Positions 1-9,399 of a stretch of 64,000 nucleotides of DNA are shown here, one piece after another. The translations under genes were made by a program, and so were the position numbers. The notes under the pieces were generated by a model. It made no database searches, was not told where the DNA came from, and worked only from the letters and a program-made list of their open reading frames with translations. The stretch covers positions 2,496,001 through 2,560,000 of the forward strand of contig OY760074.1 in assembly GCA_963663035.1 (NCBI GenBank), in the 5' to 3' direction. This DNA comes from Acidobacteriota bacterium (GTDB lineage Bacteria; Acidobacteriota; UBA6911; RPQK01; JADFOI01). The first letter of the stretch is position 1. Every line of letters begins with the position of its first letter.

Positions 1-225
1 CCAGGAAAGCACTTCCTCCTTCTCCTGCTCATCCTGGTCGGAGGGGGAAACATTGATGATAAATCGATCGAGCAGTGCCAGAAGGGCCTCCGCTGTGCCC
101 ATCTCACGCAGCCGGTGGGCCGCACTCATTCTCGTCGCCGGATCCCCATGGGGTTCTCTGACCTTCTTGCGAGCCCTTTCGATCTGCTTCTCAGGCGAAC
201 TACGGAACAGTGAGAGTAGATCCAT
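1..225 (-). CDS. HEAT-repeat-like protein, N-terminal part (runs off window start)
   Basis: Manual translation from ATG at 225: MDLLSLFRSSPEKQIERARKKVREPHGDPATRMSAAHRLREMGTAEALLALLDRF..., open to position 1; 'R-x-x-AA-x-x-L-x-x-x-G' is HEAT-like. Confidence 0.55.
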   Translation of the reverse strand, partial: MDLLSLFRSSPEKQIERARKKVREPHGDPATRMSAAHRLREMGTAEALLALLDRFIINVSPSDQDEQEKEEVLSW

Positions 226-269
226 AATTGATGGTCTCACAACTAGCACAATCAGGTTCGAAGGTCCAG

Positions 270-347
270 GGCCCGTGGGCTAAAGCCCACGGCTCTGACT
301 GATCCTCGCTGGCTCCAATCAGAGCCGCAGGCTTTAGCCTGCGGGCC
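270..347. repeat. REP-like inverted doublet, family A (GGCCCGTGGGCTAAAGCCCACGGCTCTG...CAGAGCCGCAGGCTTTAGCCTGCGGGCC)
   Basis: Two palindromic arms in inverted orientation; recurs at 2160, 25000, 30297, 38712, 52155. Confidence 0.85.
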
Positions 348-597
348 AGCGGGGACTTAAACGCAGGTCCTGAACTGTCTCCTGGCTCCTACTTCCTGTC
401 TCCTTCTTCATGTCACCTGTAAACTGCGGTTGACATCGCGGGAGAAAAAGGGCGTTTTTCCGCTCTTGGGCATTACTTTCTTAATAACTTAACTCGTTTT
501 TTTATAGATATTTATAAGGAAGTTCCTGACATCGCAGGATACCCGCCTGGGGATGGCATGTTACTTGCTTAAGAGACAGGTGATTAAGTGCAGTTAG

Positions 598-1890
598 GTG
601 AAGTCAATGACTGAATTACAACGCTACACAGATTTCAGCATGAATGTCCACCAGAAGGTGGGGGGCGCACGAGCTCCTCTCAGTGCGACCATTGAGCTGA
701 CACTCCGTTGTCCCTTGACCTGTGCACACTGCTACAACAATCTCCCTATGGGAGACCGCGAGGCACGCTCAGGGGAACTGAGCTACGAAGAACACTGCCG
801 TATTCTGGATGACATCACGGAAGCCGGCTGTTTCTGGCTTCTTTACACCGGGGGCGAGATCTTCGCGCGCAAGGATTTTCTGGACATCTATACCTACGCG
901 AAACAAAAAGGACTTCTCATCACCTTGTTTACCAATGGGACTCTCATCACGCCCGAGATCGCAGATTATCTGGTCGAGTGGCGTCCCTTCTCCATCGAGA
1001 TTACGCTTTACGGTCGCACCCGCGAGACCTACGAGAAGCTGACCGGCATTCCAGGCTCCTATGACCGCTGTATGCGAGGGATTCAGCTGCTAATAGAGCG
1101 AAACTTACCGCTTGAGCTCAAGGCCGTCGCGGTGTCCATCACTAAGCATGAGATCTGGGAGATGAAGCGATGGGTGGAGGAAGATTCAGGCTTGAAATTC
1201 AAGTTTGACGCCATGATCAACCCAAGAATTGACTGCTCCCACAGTCCCTTGGCGACTCGGCTGAACCCAGCAGAGGTGGTGGCCCTGGACCTGAAGGATC
1301 CCAAGCGAAAAGCGGAGTGGGTCAAGCACACACAGGCCTCCATTGATCGAGTGCACCTATGGGCCGACAGCGAGGACGTCTACCACTGCGGAGGTGGAGT
1401 CCAGTCTTTTGCCATTGATCCCAGTGGGAAGATGAGCATCTGTGTGCTCTCACACTTTGACACTTACGATCTCCGCACAGGAAGCTTTCAGGAAGGCTGG
1501 GACGGCTTCCTTTCTCAGGTGCGGCACAAGAAGAGGACGAGATTGACCAAGTGTGTGGCCTGTGGGCTGAAAGAGATGTGCGGGATGTGTCCCGCTAACG
1601 GGGAGCTGGAAAATGGCGACCCGGAGGCACCGGTGGATTTCCTTTGCCATGTGGCCCATCTCCGCGCCCACGCCGTCGGTTTGCAGGTTCCCCCTCATGG
1701 GGACTGTGAGTACTGCCAGGATGGAGCAAACTATGAGGATTTAATGCAATCGCTGGCTGCTGTAGAAGAAGGCAGCGCTGCCAGAGAGCTGGCTTTCATC
1801 AAAAACGAGCAAGCCTTCTCTCTTCCCATCCTCACTGAGGAAACTGTTTCTGGAGGCAGCAGCTGCAGCGGCGGCGGCTGTTCCTCGTGA
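598..1890 (+). CDS. Radical SAM/SPASM-domain peptide maturase
   Basis: CxxxCxxC (CPLTCAHC), TGGE motif, SPASM Cys pattern (CGGG...IDPSG...C; CVAC...CGMC). Confidence 0.9.
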   Translation: MKSMTELQRYTDFSMNVHQKVGGARAPLSATIELTLRCPLTCAHCYNNLPMGDREARSGELSYEEHCRILDDITEAGCFWLLYTGGEIFARKDFLDIYTYAKQKGLLITLFTNGTLITPEIADYLVEWRPFSIEITLYGRTRETYEKLTGIPGSYDRCMRGIQLLIERNLPLELKAVAVSITKHEIWEMKRWVEEDSGLKFKFDAMINPRIDCSHSPLATRLNPAEVVALDLKDPKRKAEWVKHTQASIDRVHLWADSEDVYHCGGGVQSFAIDPSGKMSICVLSHFDTYDLRTGSFQEGWDGFLSQVRHKKRTRLTKCVACGLKEMCGMCPANGELENGDPEAPVDFLCHVAHLRAHAVGLQVPPHGDCEYCQDGANYEDLMQSLAAVEEGSAARELAFIKNEQAFSLPILTEETVSGGSSCSGGGCSS

Positions 1891-1949
1891 GCTTAATTGG
1901 GTTTACCTTGGGAAATGCGAAAGAGAATTCATAAGAGAGGAAATGGTCT

Positions 1950-2129
1950 ATGAAAACGAAGCAAACAGAGGAACAACCGAAGAGACCCTACAAGAAGCCT
2001 GAACTGCTGCAGGTCCCTTTGAGAGCTGAAGAGGCTGTGCTGGGAAACTGCAAGATGTCTAGTTCAAGTGGCCCCGCGCAGGCCACCTGTTCCGGTCCTC
2101 CTTTCCCCTGTTCTGGTGTGGGGTCGTAG
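1950..2129 (+). CDS. Putative RiPP precursor peptide, 59 aa (absent from ORF track)
   Basis: RBS GAGAGG 9 nt upstream; MKTKQTEEQPKRPYKKPELLQVPLRAEEAVLGNCKMSSSSGPAQATCSGPPFPCSGVGS*; YxxPxL leader motif, three Cys, C-terminal Ser. Confidence 0.85.
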   Translation: MKTKQTEEQPKRPYKKPELLQVPLRAEEAVLGNCKMSSSSGPAQATCSGPPFPCSGVGS

Positions 2130-2159
2130 GGAACGGTAGGAAGGGAGCATTCACTCCCA

Positions 2160-2187
2160 CAGAGCCGTGGGCTTTAGCCCATGGGCC
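2160..2187. repeat. Single REP family A arm between precursor and kinase
   Basis: CAGAGCCGTGGGCTTTAGCCCATGGGCC. Confidence 0.75.
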
Positions 2188-3107
2188 AGAAACGAGTGGA
2201 CCATCCCTCTCCCCGCATGAAGCAAGAAAGCCAATTCTGTCTTGAAGTTGCCGACATCTCCTTGCTGGTCTGCAGCGCTGATCCAACTCTAAAGCTTGAG
2301 ACTCAAGGGGCAATGACAGACTTTCTGGCCGGGGAAACCAAGCCGGATGCCCAGCTATCGGCCGCCTGGCGTGATCTGAGTCAGGTGAACCTGGGACGGA
2401 AGGTCTTCGATTCAGGGGCCCTGTGGCAATTGCACCGCCGCAATGGATCCTATCTTTACAGCTTCACCTCTTCCGCCATCGGTCCAGTCCCCTATAGAGT
2501 GGCCTCATTCGACTCCAGCTTTACCTCCGGAGATCTCTACCTCCACCATCCCTACTTTGAGTCGAAACCGGCACTGTACCCCTTGGAATACCCTCTGGCT
2601 GAACTGTGGTTAATCAATCTACTGGGCCAGGGTCGAGGAGCAGAGCTTCATGGCTGTGGAGTGGTGGACTCTCAAGGGAAAGGCCACCTTTTCGTAGGAC
2701 AGTCGGGCGCTGGGAAAAGTACTATGGCTCGCTTGTGGCAGCCGCAGCCGGGTATCCAGATCCTCAGCGACGACCGAATCGTGCTGCGCAAAGAGGGCAA
2801 AAAGCTTTGGATGCACGGCACCCCCTGGCATGGCGAGGCGGGACTCAGCAGTGCGGCTCGCGCCCCTCTGACTCGGATCTACTTCCTGCAGCACGGGCGA
2901 AAAAGCCAGTTGCTTCCCCAACGGCCAGCTGAGGCTGTTGGAAACCTGTTCACCTGCAGCTTTCCTCCTTTCTACGACCCTACTGCTCTGGACTTCACGC
3001 TGGGCTTTCTTGAGGAGGTGGTCAAGACGGTCCCCTGCTTTGAACTTCAGTTCCTCCCTGAGGAGAGTGTGATCGAACTCATATCCAGACTGAGCAGTGA
3101 TGACTGA
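2181..3107 (+). CDS. HPr-kinase-related P-loop kinase (PadeK/ScmC-like); true start may be ATG 2217
   Basis: LHGCGV, Walker A GQSGAGKST, LSDD motif, GTPWHG. Confidence 0.75.
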   Translation: MGQKRVDHPSPRMKQESQFCLEVADISLLVCSADPTLKLETQGAMTDFLAGETKPDAQLSAAWRDLSQVNLGRKVFDSGALWQLHRRNGSYLYSFTSSAIGPVPYRVASFDSSFTSGDLYLHHPYFESKPALYPLEYPLAELWLINLLGQGRGAELHGCGVVDSQGKGHLFVGQSGAGKSTMARLWQPQPGIQILSDDRIVLRKEGKKLWMHGTPWHGEAGLSSAARAPLTRIYFLQHGRKSQLLPQRPAEAVGNLFTCSFPPFYDPTALDFTLGFLEEVVKTVPCFELQFLPEESVIELISRLSSDD

Positions 3108-3154
3108 GGACTGAGCGACTGACCCCTACAGCGGCGGCGGAACGCGGAAGCCTG

Positions 3155-3661
3155 GTGGCGGAGTTGCTCACACATTCCTGGCGGCGTGAACCGTCTCCTC
3201 CCAGTCTCTCCCTTGCCGGGCTGGCCCATATTACCCCTTTGCTTCTCAAGACAGACAGCGCTGGGCTGGGCTGGTGGCGAGTTCAGCAGTCCGAGCTGCG
3301 AACATCGGCAGCAGCCCTGAGGCTGAAACATGCCTATATCGCTCATGTGCTCAGTGCTGAACTTCAGGAAAGAGAAATCGTCCAGGCCCTTGGACTGCTG
3401 CGCTCAGCCGGGATTGAGCCACTGCTGGGGAAAGGTTGGGCCATCACCCGGCTCTATCCCAGTGGAGGTCTCCGTTCCTCTATCGATATCGATCTGTGCG
3501 TCCGAAAAGAGCAGCGCTCACTCGCCAAAAGTACCTTAGCGGACCTCGTCGCTGAGGGATGCTGGCTGGATCTCCACACCCAGTTCCGGCCACTTGATCG
3601 ATCTGTGGAGGAGCTCTTTGCTCATTCCCAACTAGCTCGCCTGGGCGAGACAGAGATATGA
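3155..3661 (+). pseudogene. Nucleotidyltransferase (NTP_transf_5-like), truncated by IS3 at 3659
   Basis: LGKGWAI...Y...LRSSIDIDLCV...LDLH motifs; the stop TGA is the first 3 nt of the IS. Confidence 0.75.
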
Positions 3662-4925
3662 CCTTGCCCCCTAAAACGAGTCCAGTTTGAATGTTAGGAT
3701 TTCCGGTTTAGGAAGGAGGCAAGGATGGCAGGGAAGCGGTTTAGGGCAGAACAGATCATCATGAAGCTGCGTGAGGCAGAGGTGGGTCTGGCCCAAGGAC
3801 AGAGGGTGGGACAGGTGTCGAAGCAGATGGGGGTGAGCGAGCAGACCTACTACCGGTGGCGCAAAGAGTACGGAGGGCTCCGGTTGGACCAGGCCAAGAG
3901 GTTGAAGGTGTTGGAGAAGGAGAATACCCGGTTGAAGAAGCTGGTGGCGGATCTGTCTTTGGACAAGCAGATCCTGAAGGAAGTGTCCTCGGGAAACTTC
4001 TAGGCCCGGCGAACAGGAGACGAGCGGTGATGTGGGTACGAGAGCGATTAGGAGCAGAGCGAGTCTCCGAACGTCGGGCCTGCCAAGTGCTGGGACAGGT
4101 TCGATCGACCCAGCGAAGGGAAAGGCAAATTCCCGATGATGAGGCCCGATTGGTGGCCCGGATGGTGGAGTTGGCTACGCAATACGGGCGTTATGGCTAC
4201 CGGCGGGTCACGGCGATACTTCATGGGGAAGGGTGGAAGGTGAATCCTAAGCGGGTGGAGAGGCTGTGGAGACAAGAAGGGCTGAAAGTCCCGTCCAGAC
4301 AGCCGAAACGAAGGAGGCTGTGGCTTAATGACGGTTCCTGTGTTCGGTTACGAGCGGCTCGCAAGAACCACGTCTGGAGCTATGATTTCGTGCATGAACG
4401 GACCCATGATGGGCGAGCCTTTCGGCTATTGACGATCCTGGATGAGTACACCAGAGAGTGCCTCGCCATTGATGTGAAACGGCAGATGAATCACCAAGAC
4501 GTGTTGGACCGGCTGGCGGAGTTATTCGTTGATCGGGGAGTGCCTGAGTTTATCCGGTCCGATAACGGATCGGAGTTTACGGCACAGGCGGTCCGGGACT
4601 GGCTGCAGGCTGTTGGGGTAAGGACCTTGTACATCGAGCCGGGCAGCCCCTGGGAGAATGGGTACATTGAGAGTTTCAACGGGAAACTACGGGATGAGCT
4701 GCTGAACATGGAGATCTTCGACACGCTGGGGGAAGCCAAGGTGTTGGTAGAACGCTGGCGGAGGGATTACAATCAGATCCGGCCTCACAGCGCCTTGGCC
4801 TATCGGCCGCCGGCGCCAGAGGCCAAACTACCTAGGTCGCAGGCACTGGATCCAATCCCTTGGAGTGGACTTCAAATGGTCCCGGGTCTAGCATAGAGGG
4901 TGGACTCGTTCGTGGGGGCAGGTCA
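3659..4925 (+). mobile_element. IS3-family insertion sequence, copy 1 (1267 bp)
   Basis: Ends TGACCTTGCCCCCTAAAACGAGTCCA / TGGACTCGTTCGTGGGGGCAGGTCA; orfA/orfB; no target duplication visible. Confidence 0.95.
3725..4896 (+). CDS. IS3 transposase OrfAB (orfA 3725-4003; -1 frameshift at GGGAAAC 3991-3997)
   Basis: HTH orfA; rve DDE core WSYDF...SDNGSEF...IESFNG. Confidence 0.92.
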
Positions 4926-5415
4926 ACTCCCCGGCATTGCCCGCCGATTGCAGATCGTTGAGGATCTGTTCGTAGATGTCGCCAAAATGCTGGCGTTCGC
5001 TCAGGTTGTTGAAGTCGACCTCGTTGATTTTATTGACCACTTGGCGCATCAACTGGCCGGATTTCATGTAGTTGTAGGCGTCCTCGAACACGGCGCGAAC
5101 CACGCGTCGCCGGTCGCCGGAGCGTCCGGTCATCTGAAGAGCTTTCAGGGACGGGAACAGGCCGTCGTCAACGAAGGCGAGCAATTCCTCGCCGGTGATG
5201 CCCTCGGGATCGGCCGCCCAAGCTCGCCATTGGTAGCGCTGGGGGATCGGCGAGGCGTAGCCGGGCCGCATCAACTCCAGTTCCTGGTCCTGATCGTCGA
5301 TGATCTTGAGAAAGAACATCCAGCAAAGTTGACTGATGCGTTGGGCATCGCCATCGACGCCGGTGTCCTGGCGCATGATGTTCTGGATGGATTTGACGAG
5401 AGTGCGGACGGACAT
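4926..5415 (-). pseudogene. hsdM: Type I RM methyltransferase, N-terminal fragment cut by IS3 copy 1
   Basis: IQNIMRQDTGVDGDAQRI...YEQILNDLQSAGNAGE, then runs into the IS right end before the GxFxTP motif. Confidence 0.88.
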
Positions 5416-5418
5416 GGG

Positions 5419-7869
5419 CTAAGCAATCTCCCGATAGAGAGCGGATTGAAGGTCGTGGACAGCCGCCACGAAACCTTCGTGTCCGCCAAAGGCGTTGATC
5501 AGCTGAACAGGGGTGCCGAGTTCGGTGAAGGGAGGAATGCGCAGCACCTCGGCGTCATCAAGGTTGAGCACCCCTTCGTCGGCGTATTTGGCGAGCAGCG
5601 TGTCGAGCACGGCGCGGGCCTGGTCACTGTATTGGCTGAATACGTCCCGTTTCTTGACGTTCTCGGCGCGCTCGCGCCGGGTCAGTGGTTTGGCGTCGAA
5701 GGCGACATGGCAAATCAAGTCGAAAGGATCGAGGTCTTTGCCCAGGGTTTCAGTGACAACGCCAAGGTCCAAGCCTTCGGCTTCCAACTCCTCGATAATC
5801 ACCTGTTTGCGTTGGGTTCCCTTCCAGCTCCTTAAGAATTCATCCAGGCTTGCAAAGCGCTTTCTGAGTGCCCTCTTGGTGAAGTCGCGCAGGGACTCGG
5901 TGACAAGTTTTCCGTTTTCGTCCAGGTATTCCACCCTTTCCGCGACGATGGTTGCGTCCACCCCGTCCACATAGACCTTGCGCCTCCCTGGCCCATCGGG
6001 TGGCAAGGTGATGTCCGGGGGAACATCGACGATCGTTTCGTCTTCGCCCGGTTCCGGCGGTATGGGGTCCTCATCCCTGGGTGGTATGTCGTCGGGTGGA
6101 GTTATGGGGTCGTCTTCGCCGGGTTCGTAAATCTGAACTGGATCGCCATCAAAATCCGGATCGGCGAAATGGCTGGTCGCTCCCCGAAAATCCATCAGGG
6201 TGAAGTAGAACTTGCGGGTGTCCTCATGCACGCGGGTGCCCCGCCCGACGATCTGCTTGAACTCGGTCATCGAGCCGACCGCGCGGTCGAGCACGATGAG
6301 CCGGCAGGTCTGGACATCGACGCCGGTCGAGAGGAGCTGCGACGTGGTGACCAGCACGGGGTATCGGGATTCCGGGTCAATGAAGTTGCCAAGTTGCGCC
6401 TGCCCTTCCGTGTCGGCACCGGTGATACGCATGACGTAGCGGTGGTTCGTCTCCACGAGGTCGGCGTTCTCGTTGATGAGCGCCTGACGCATGCGGGCGG
6501 CATGCTCCTGGTCGACGCAGAAAACGATCGCTTTCTGGAATCGGTTCCCGCTTTCCTTCAAAAACTCCGTGACTTTCCGGGCGACGAGCTTGGTTCGGTC
6601 ATCCAAAACCAGCGTCCGGTCGAAATCCCGGGTGTTATAGATGCGATCCTCGACTTCGGTGCCGTCTCGATCGAGCTGTCCATGCTCGGGACGGTAGCCT
6701 TCCACGTCACGATCGATATGGACCTTGATGACCTTGTAGGGGGCAAGAAAGCCGTCGCAGATGCCCTGTTTCAGGGAGTAAGAGTAAATGGGTTCACCGA
6801 AGTAATGGATGTTAGAGACGTATTGGGTCTCCTTGGGGGTGGCCGTGAGACCAATCTGCGTGGCCGACGAGAAGTACTCGAGAATCTCCCGCCAGGCCGA
6901 ATCCTCGGCAGCACTGCCGCGATGGCACTCGTCGATCACGATGAGATCGAAGAAGCTGGGCGATAACTCGCGGAAAACCTTCTGGTGGTCTTCCGGCCCG
7001 GTGATCGCCTGATAGAGGCCGAGATAGACCTCATAGGCCGTGTCGATGCGCCGCTTCCCCTCAATGGCGCGGGGTGGATCCCCGGGGGGATCATTTGCGC
7101 GTTCGATGGTCCCGGCCTGCGTCGAGAGCTTCGTCATCGCCGCCTTGAAAGGCCGGAAGTCGTTAACCATGGTCTGGTCGATCAACACGTTACGGTCGGC
7201 CAGAAACAGAATGCGCTTCTTGCGGCCCGCCTTCCAGAGCCGCCAGATGATCTGAAACGCGGTATAGGTCTTACCGGTTCCCGTCGCCATGACCAACAGG
7301 ATGCGGTCATGGCCCTTGGCGATGGCCTCGATAGTGGCATTGATCGCATTGACCTGGTAGTAGCGTGGCGCCTTCCCGCCGTCATCATCGAAATAGTCCT
7401 GGAGGACGATGGATTCAGACTCGGGCGTCAGTCCCTTCCAGGCGCGGTAGCGCTCCCACAGCTCGCCTGGCGGCGGGAAGGCGTCAAGGCCGAGTGTGGT
7501 TTCCCGCTCGGCAGCCGCGCCCGTCCGGTCGTGGAAGACGAAGCCGTCGCCATTGGAGGAAAACACGAAGGGGATACGCAGGGTCTCGGCGTAGTCCAGC
7601 CCCTGTTGCATGCCGTCGCCTGTGGCATGGGTATTGTCCTTGGCCTCGATCAGGGCGATGGGGATGTTGGGCTTGTAATACAGAATATAGTCGGCCCGCT
7701 TGCCTTTGCCCCGGCTGACCAGCTTGCCGCGCACGATGATGCGGCCCTTGGTGAAGCTCACCTCCTCGCGGATCTGCGCCATCTCGTCCCAACCGGCTTT
7801 TCGCAGGGCCGGTGTGATGAACTTGGTGCAGATGTCACGTTCGCTGAGGCTTTTCTTGTCTATCGTCAT
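5419..7869 (-). CDS. hsdR: Type I restriction endonuclease subunit R (EcoAI/EcoEI-like)
   Basis: LSERDI, ADY...IEAK nuclease motif, MATGTGKT, DECHR, QIVGRGTR; AGGAGG upstream of ATG 7869. Confidence 0.93.
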   Translation of the reverse strand: MTIDKKSLSERDICTKFITPALRKAGWDEMAQIREEVSFTKGRIIVRGKLVSRGKGKRADYILYYKPNIPIALIEAKDNTHATGDGMQQGLDYAETLRIPFVFSSNGDGFVFHDRTGAAAERETTLGLDAFPPPGELWERYRAWKGLTPESESIVLQDYFDDDGGKAPRYYQVNAINATIEAIAKGHDRILLVMATGTGKTYTAFQIIWRLWKAGRKKRILFLADRNVLIDQTMVNDFRPFKAAMTKLSTQAGTIERANDPPGDPPRAIEGKRRIDTAYEVYLGLYQAITGPEDHQKVFRELSPSFFDLIVIDECHRGSAAEDSAWREILEYFSSATQIGLTATPKETQYVSNIHYFGEPIYSYSLKQGICDGFLAPYKVIKVHIDRDVEGYRPEHGQLDRDGTEVEDRIYNTRDFDRTLVLDDRTKLVARKVTEFLKESGNRFQKAIVFCVDQEHAARMRQALINENADLVETNHRYVMRITGADTEGQAQLGNFIDPESRYPVLVTTSQLLSTGVDVQTCRLIVLDRAVGSMTEFKQIVGRGTRVHEDTRKFYFTLMDFRGATSHFADPDFDGDPVQIYEPGEDDPITPPDDIPPRDEDPIPPEPGEDETIVDVPPDITLPPDGPGRRKVYVDGVDATIVAERVEYLDENGKLVTESLRDFTKRALRKRFASLDEFLRSWKGTQRKQVIIEELEAEGLDLGVVTETLGKDLDPFDLICHVAFDAKPLTRRERAENVKKRDVFSQYSDQARAVLDTLLAKYADEGVLNLDDAEVLRIPPFTELGTPVQLINAFGGHEGFVAAVHDLQSALYREIA

Positions 7870-7904
7870 CGGCCTCCTACCACCGCCAGCTCCGTGCTCG
7901 TCGG

Positions 7905-7966
7905 GCCTCCTTCCTAAACCGGAAATCCTAACATTCAAACTGGACTCGTTTTAGGGGGCAAGGTCA
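7905..7966 (-). mobile_element. Isolated 62-bp IS3 left-end fragment
   Basis: Identical to reverse complement of 3659-3720. Confidence 0.9.
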
Positions 7967-8283
7967 GAGCATCTCTCTTCGGCGGGCTCGTAGCGTTGGA
8001 TGGTGATCTCGCTTGCACGTGCACGCATCTGCGAGGCGTCGTGCCAGGCCTGCATCCGCAGCAGCATGTCCATGCTCACGTCAAAGGCCTTTTCGATGCG
8101 CAGTGCCATCTCCGGCGATAGCGCGGCGTTGCCGTTCAACAGGTCCGAAAGCGTAGCGCGGCGAACCCCCAGAATCTGGGAGGCCCTCGTAACGTTCAGA
8201 CCTAACTCCTCGATGACTTCCGTGCGGATGAAGTCACCCGGATGGGAAGGGGTCATGTTCACTTTAATGCCATTGGTAGCCAT
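7951..8283 (-). CDS. higA: HigA-family antitoxin (HTH)
   Basis: PSHPGDFI...LSPEMALRIEKAF...LRMQAWHD; last codons come from the IS end. Confidence 0.9.
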   Translation of the reverse strand: MATNGIKVNMTPSHPGDFIRTEVIEELGLNVTRASQILGVRRATLSDLLNGNAALSPEMALRIEKAFDVSMDMLLRMQAWHDASQMRARASEITIQRYEPAEERCSDLAP

Positions 8284-8573
8284 CAGTGGTAATCCTCCAA
8301 GTTCAAGCGGTCGATGTAGCTGTCCTCTTCTTTAAACGTGATCCGCCAATTACCGGAAACCGAAACGCTCCATTCGTCCTGCCTGTCACCTGAGAGCCGG
8401 TGGACGCGCCAGCCGTGCGGCGCATCGGCAATAAACCCGTCGATGTGCTCAGCCAGAATCAACGCCGTCAAAATTTTGCGCACCCGGTCGACCAGATTCT
8501 GCCGTAGGAACCGGGGGTTGTCCTCTTCGATCAGTCGGCGCAATCCCCGGTGGCGGACAGAGCGAACAACCAT
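8283..8573 (-). CDS. higB: HigB/RelE-family toxin (plasmid maintenance killer type)
   Basis: HRGLRRL...HRLSGDR...WSVSVSGNWRITF...LEDYH. Confidence 0.9.
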   Translation of the reverse strand: MVVRSVRHRGLRRLIEEDNPRFLRQNLVDRVRKILTALILAEHIDGFIADAPHGWRVHRLSGDRQDEWSVSVSGNWRITFKEEDSYIDRLNLEDYH

Positions 8574-8579
8574 GCCATG

Positions 8580-8608
8580 AGTGTACGGTAATACCGTTCA
8601 CGGTGCAA
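8580..8608 (-). promoter_or_regulatory. higBA sigma70 promoter overlapped by operator palindrome
   Basis: TTGCAC-N17-TACACT; inverted repeat GTGTACGGTA-A-TACCGTTCAC in the spacer; ATG 6 nt past -10. Confidence 0.7.
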
Positions 8609-8657
8609 GTGGTTGTGTTGCAACTTTGGCCGACGGGGGCGAGTAAAAGCTGAAACT

Positions 8658-8993
8658 TTAGTACTTTATAGCTTTGGTGAAATCCAACCTGAGCCGAAAC
8701 CCCAAGGCCGATATGATAGCCATCAGGTTATCTATCTTTGGCTTGCTTCGGCTTGAAAGCACGCGGTACAGGTGTTCGCGGTTGAGGCCGGAGCGATTCG
8801 CCAGGGCACCAACACCCCCCTGGGCCTGGGCAACATCGCGCAGGGCCAATAGCAGCCCCTCGGACTCACCACTTGCTTCACACTCATCCAGCGCGACTTC
8901 CAAGTAGGCCCGAGCTTCTTTGGGATCTTTGAGCGCTTTTAGCAGTCCTTCGTCGTAACGGACCGTGTGTTTCAAAGCCTGTTTCTCATTCAT
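8658..8993 (-). CDS. Addiction-module antidote protein (HI1420-like HTH)
   Basis: AYLEVAL...LLALRDVAQAQGGV..LA..SGLNREHLYRVLS...P. Confidence 0.85.
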   Translation of the reverse strand: MNEKQALKHTVRYDEGLLKALKDPKEARAYLEVALDECEASGESEGLLLALRDVAQAQGGVGALANRSGLNREHLYRVLSSRSKPKIDNLMAIISALGFRLRLDFTKAIKY

Positions 8994-9324
8994 TGCTGCG
9001 GTTCCTCAAGTCTTGCCAATATGCTTTGGCGCGTTCAATGTCGCGACGTTGTGAGCGCTTAGTGCCACCGCAGAGCAATATTACAACCACTCTCTCCAGC
9101 TCCCCATAATACACGCGGTACCCCGGCCCATAGTGGATTCTCAGTTCAAATACGCCTTCGCCTACAGGCTCGGCGTCGCCTCTATTGCCTAGTCGCACCC
9201 GATTGATCCGGTTTCGGATGATCGCTCGTGCTTTTCTATCTCTGAGAGACTGCAACCAATCATCAAAGGGCGCGTTCCCTTGTTGGGAAACATAATTGAG
9301 CACCGTCCTAAGAGATATGTTCAT
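8986..9324 (-). CDS. Addiction-module killer protein (RelE/ParE, HI1419/Gp49-like)
   Basis: PFDDWL..LRD..A...I..RI.R...GN.GD...VGEGVFELRIHYGPGYRVYY...LLCGGTK. Confidence 0.9.
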   Translation of the reverse strand: MNISLRTVLNYVSQQGNAPFDDWLQSLRDRKARAIIRNRINRVRLGNRGDAEPVGEGVFELRIHYGPGYRVYYGELERVVVILLCGGTKRSQRRDIERAKAYWQDLRNRSNE

Positions 9325-9328
9325 GTTC

Positions 9329-9348
9329 AGTATATAGCGTACACGCTA
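9329..9348 (-). promoter_or_regulatory. -10 box and operator palindrome of the second TA pair
   Basis: TATACT 4 nt before ATG 9324; adjacent inverted repeat TAGCGT-AC-ACGCTA. Confidence 0.55.
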
Positions 9349-9399
9349 CAAACGGTAGACAAAAGGTGCAGACTATAATCTGGGCCGCGGTCAAGAAGG

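Noticed and set aside
1950-2129. Lasso peptide interpretation of the precursor
   Set aside because: No Asp/Glu in the core for a macrolactam, no Thr at -2, and no lasso cyclase or B2 peptidase in the window
4900-7917. Long plus-strand ORFs 4900-5835, 6169-6966, 6985-7917
   Set aside because: Antisense shadows of GC-rich hsdM/hsdR; no motifs
7870-7938. N-terminal extension of hsdR in the ORF track
   Set aside because: Starts inside the IS-end fragment; a strong RBS precedes ATG 7869
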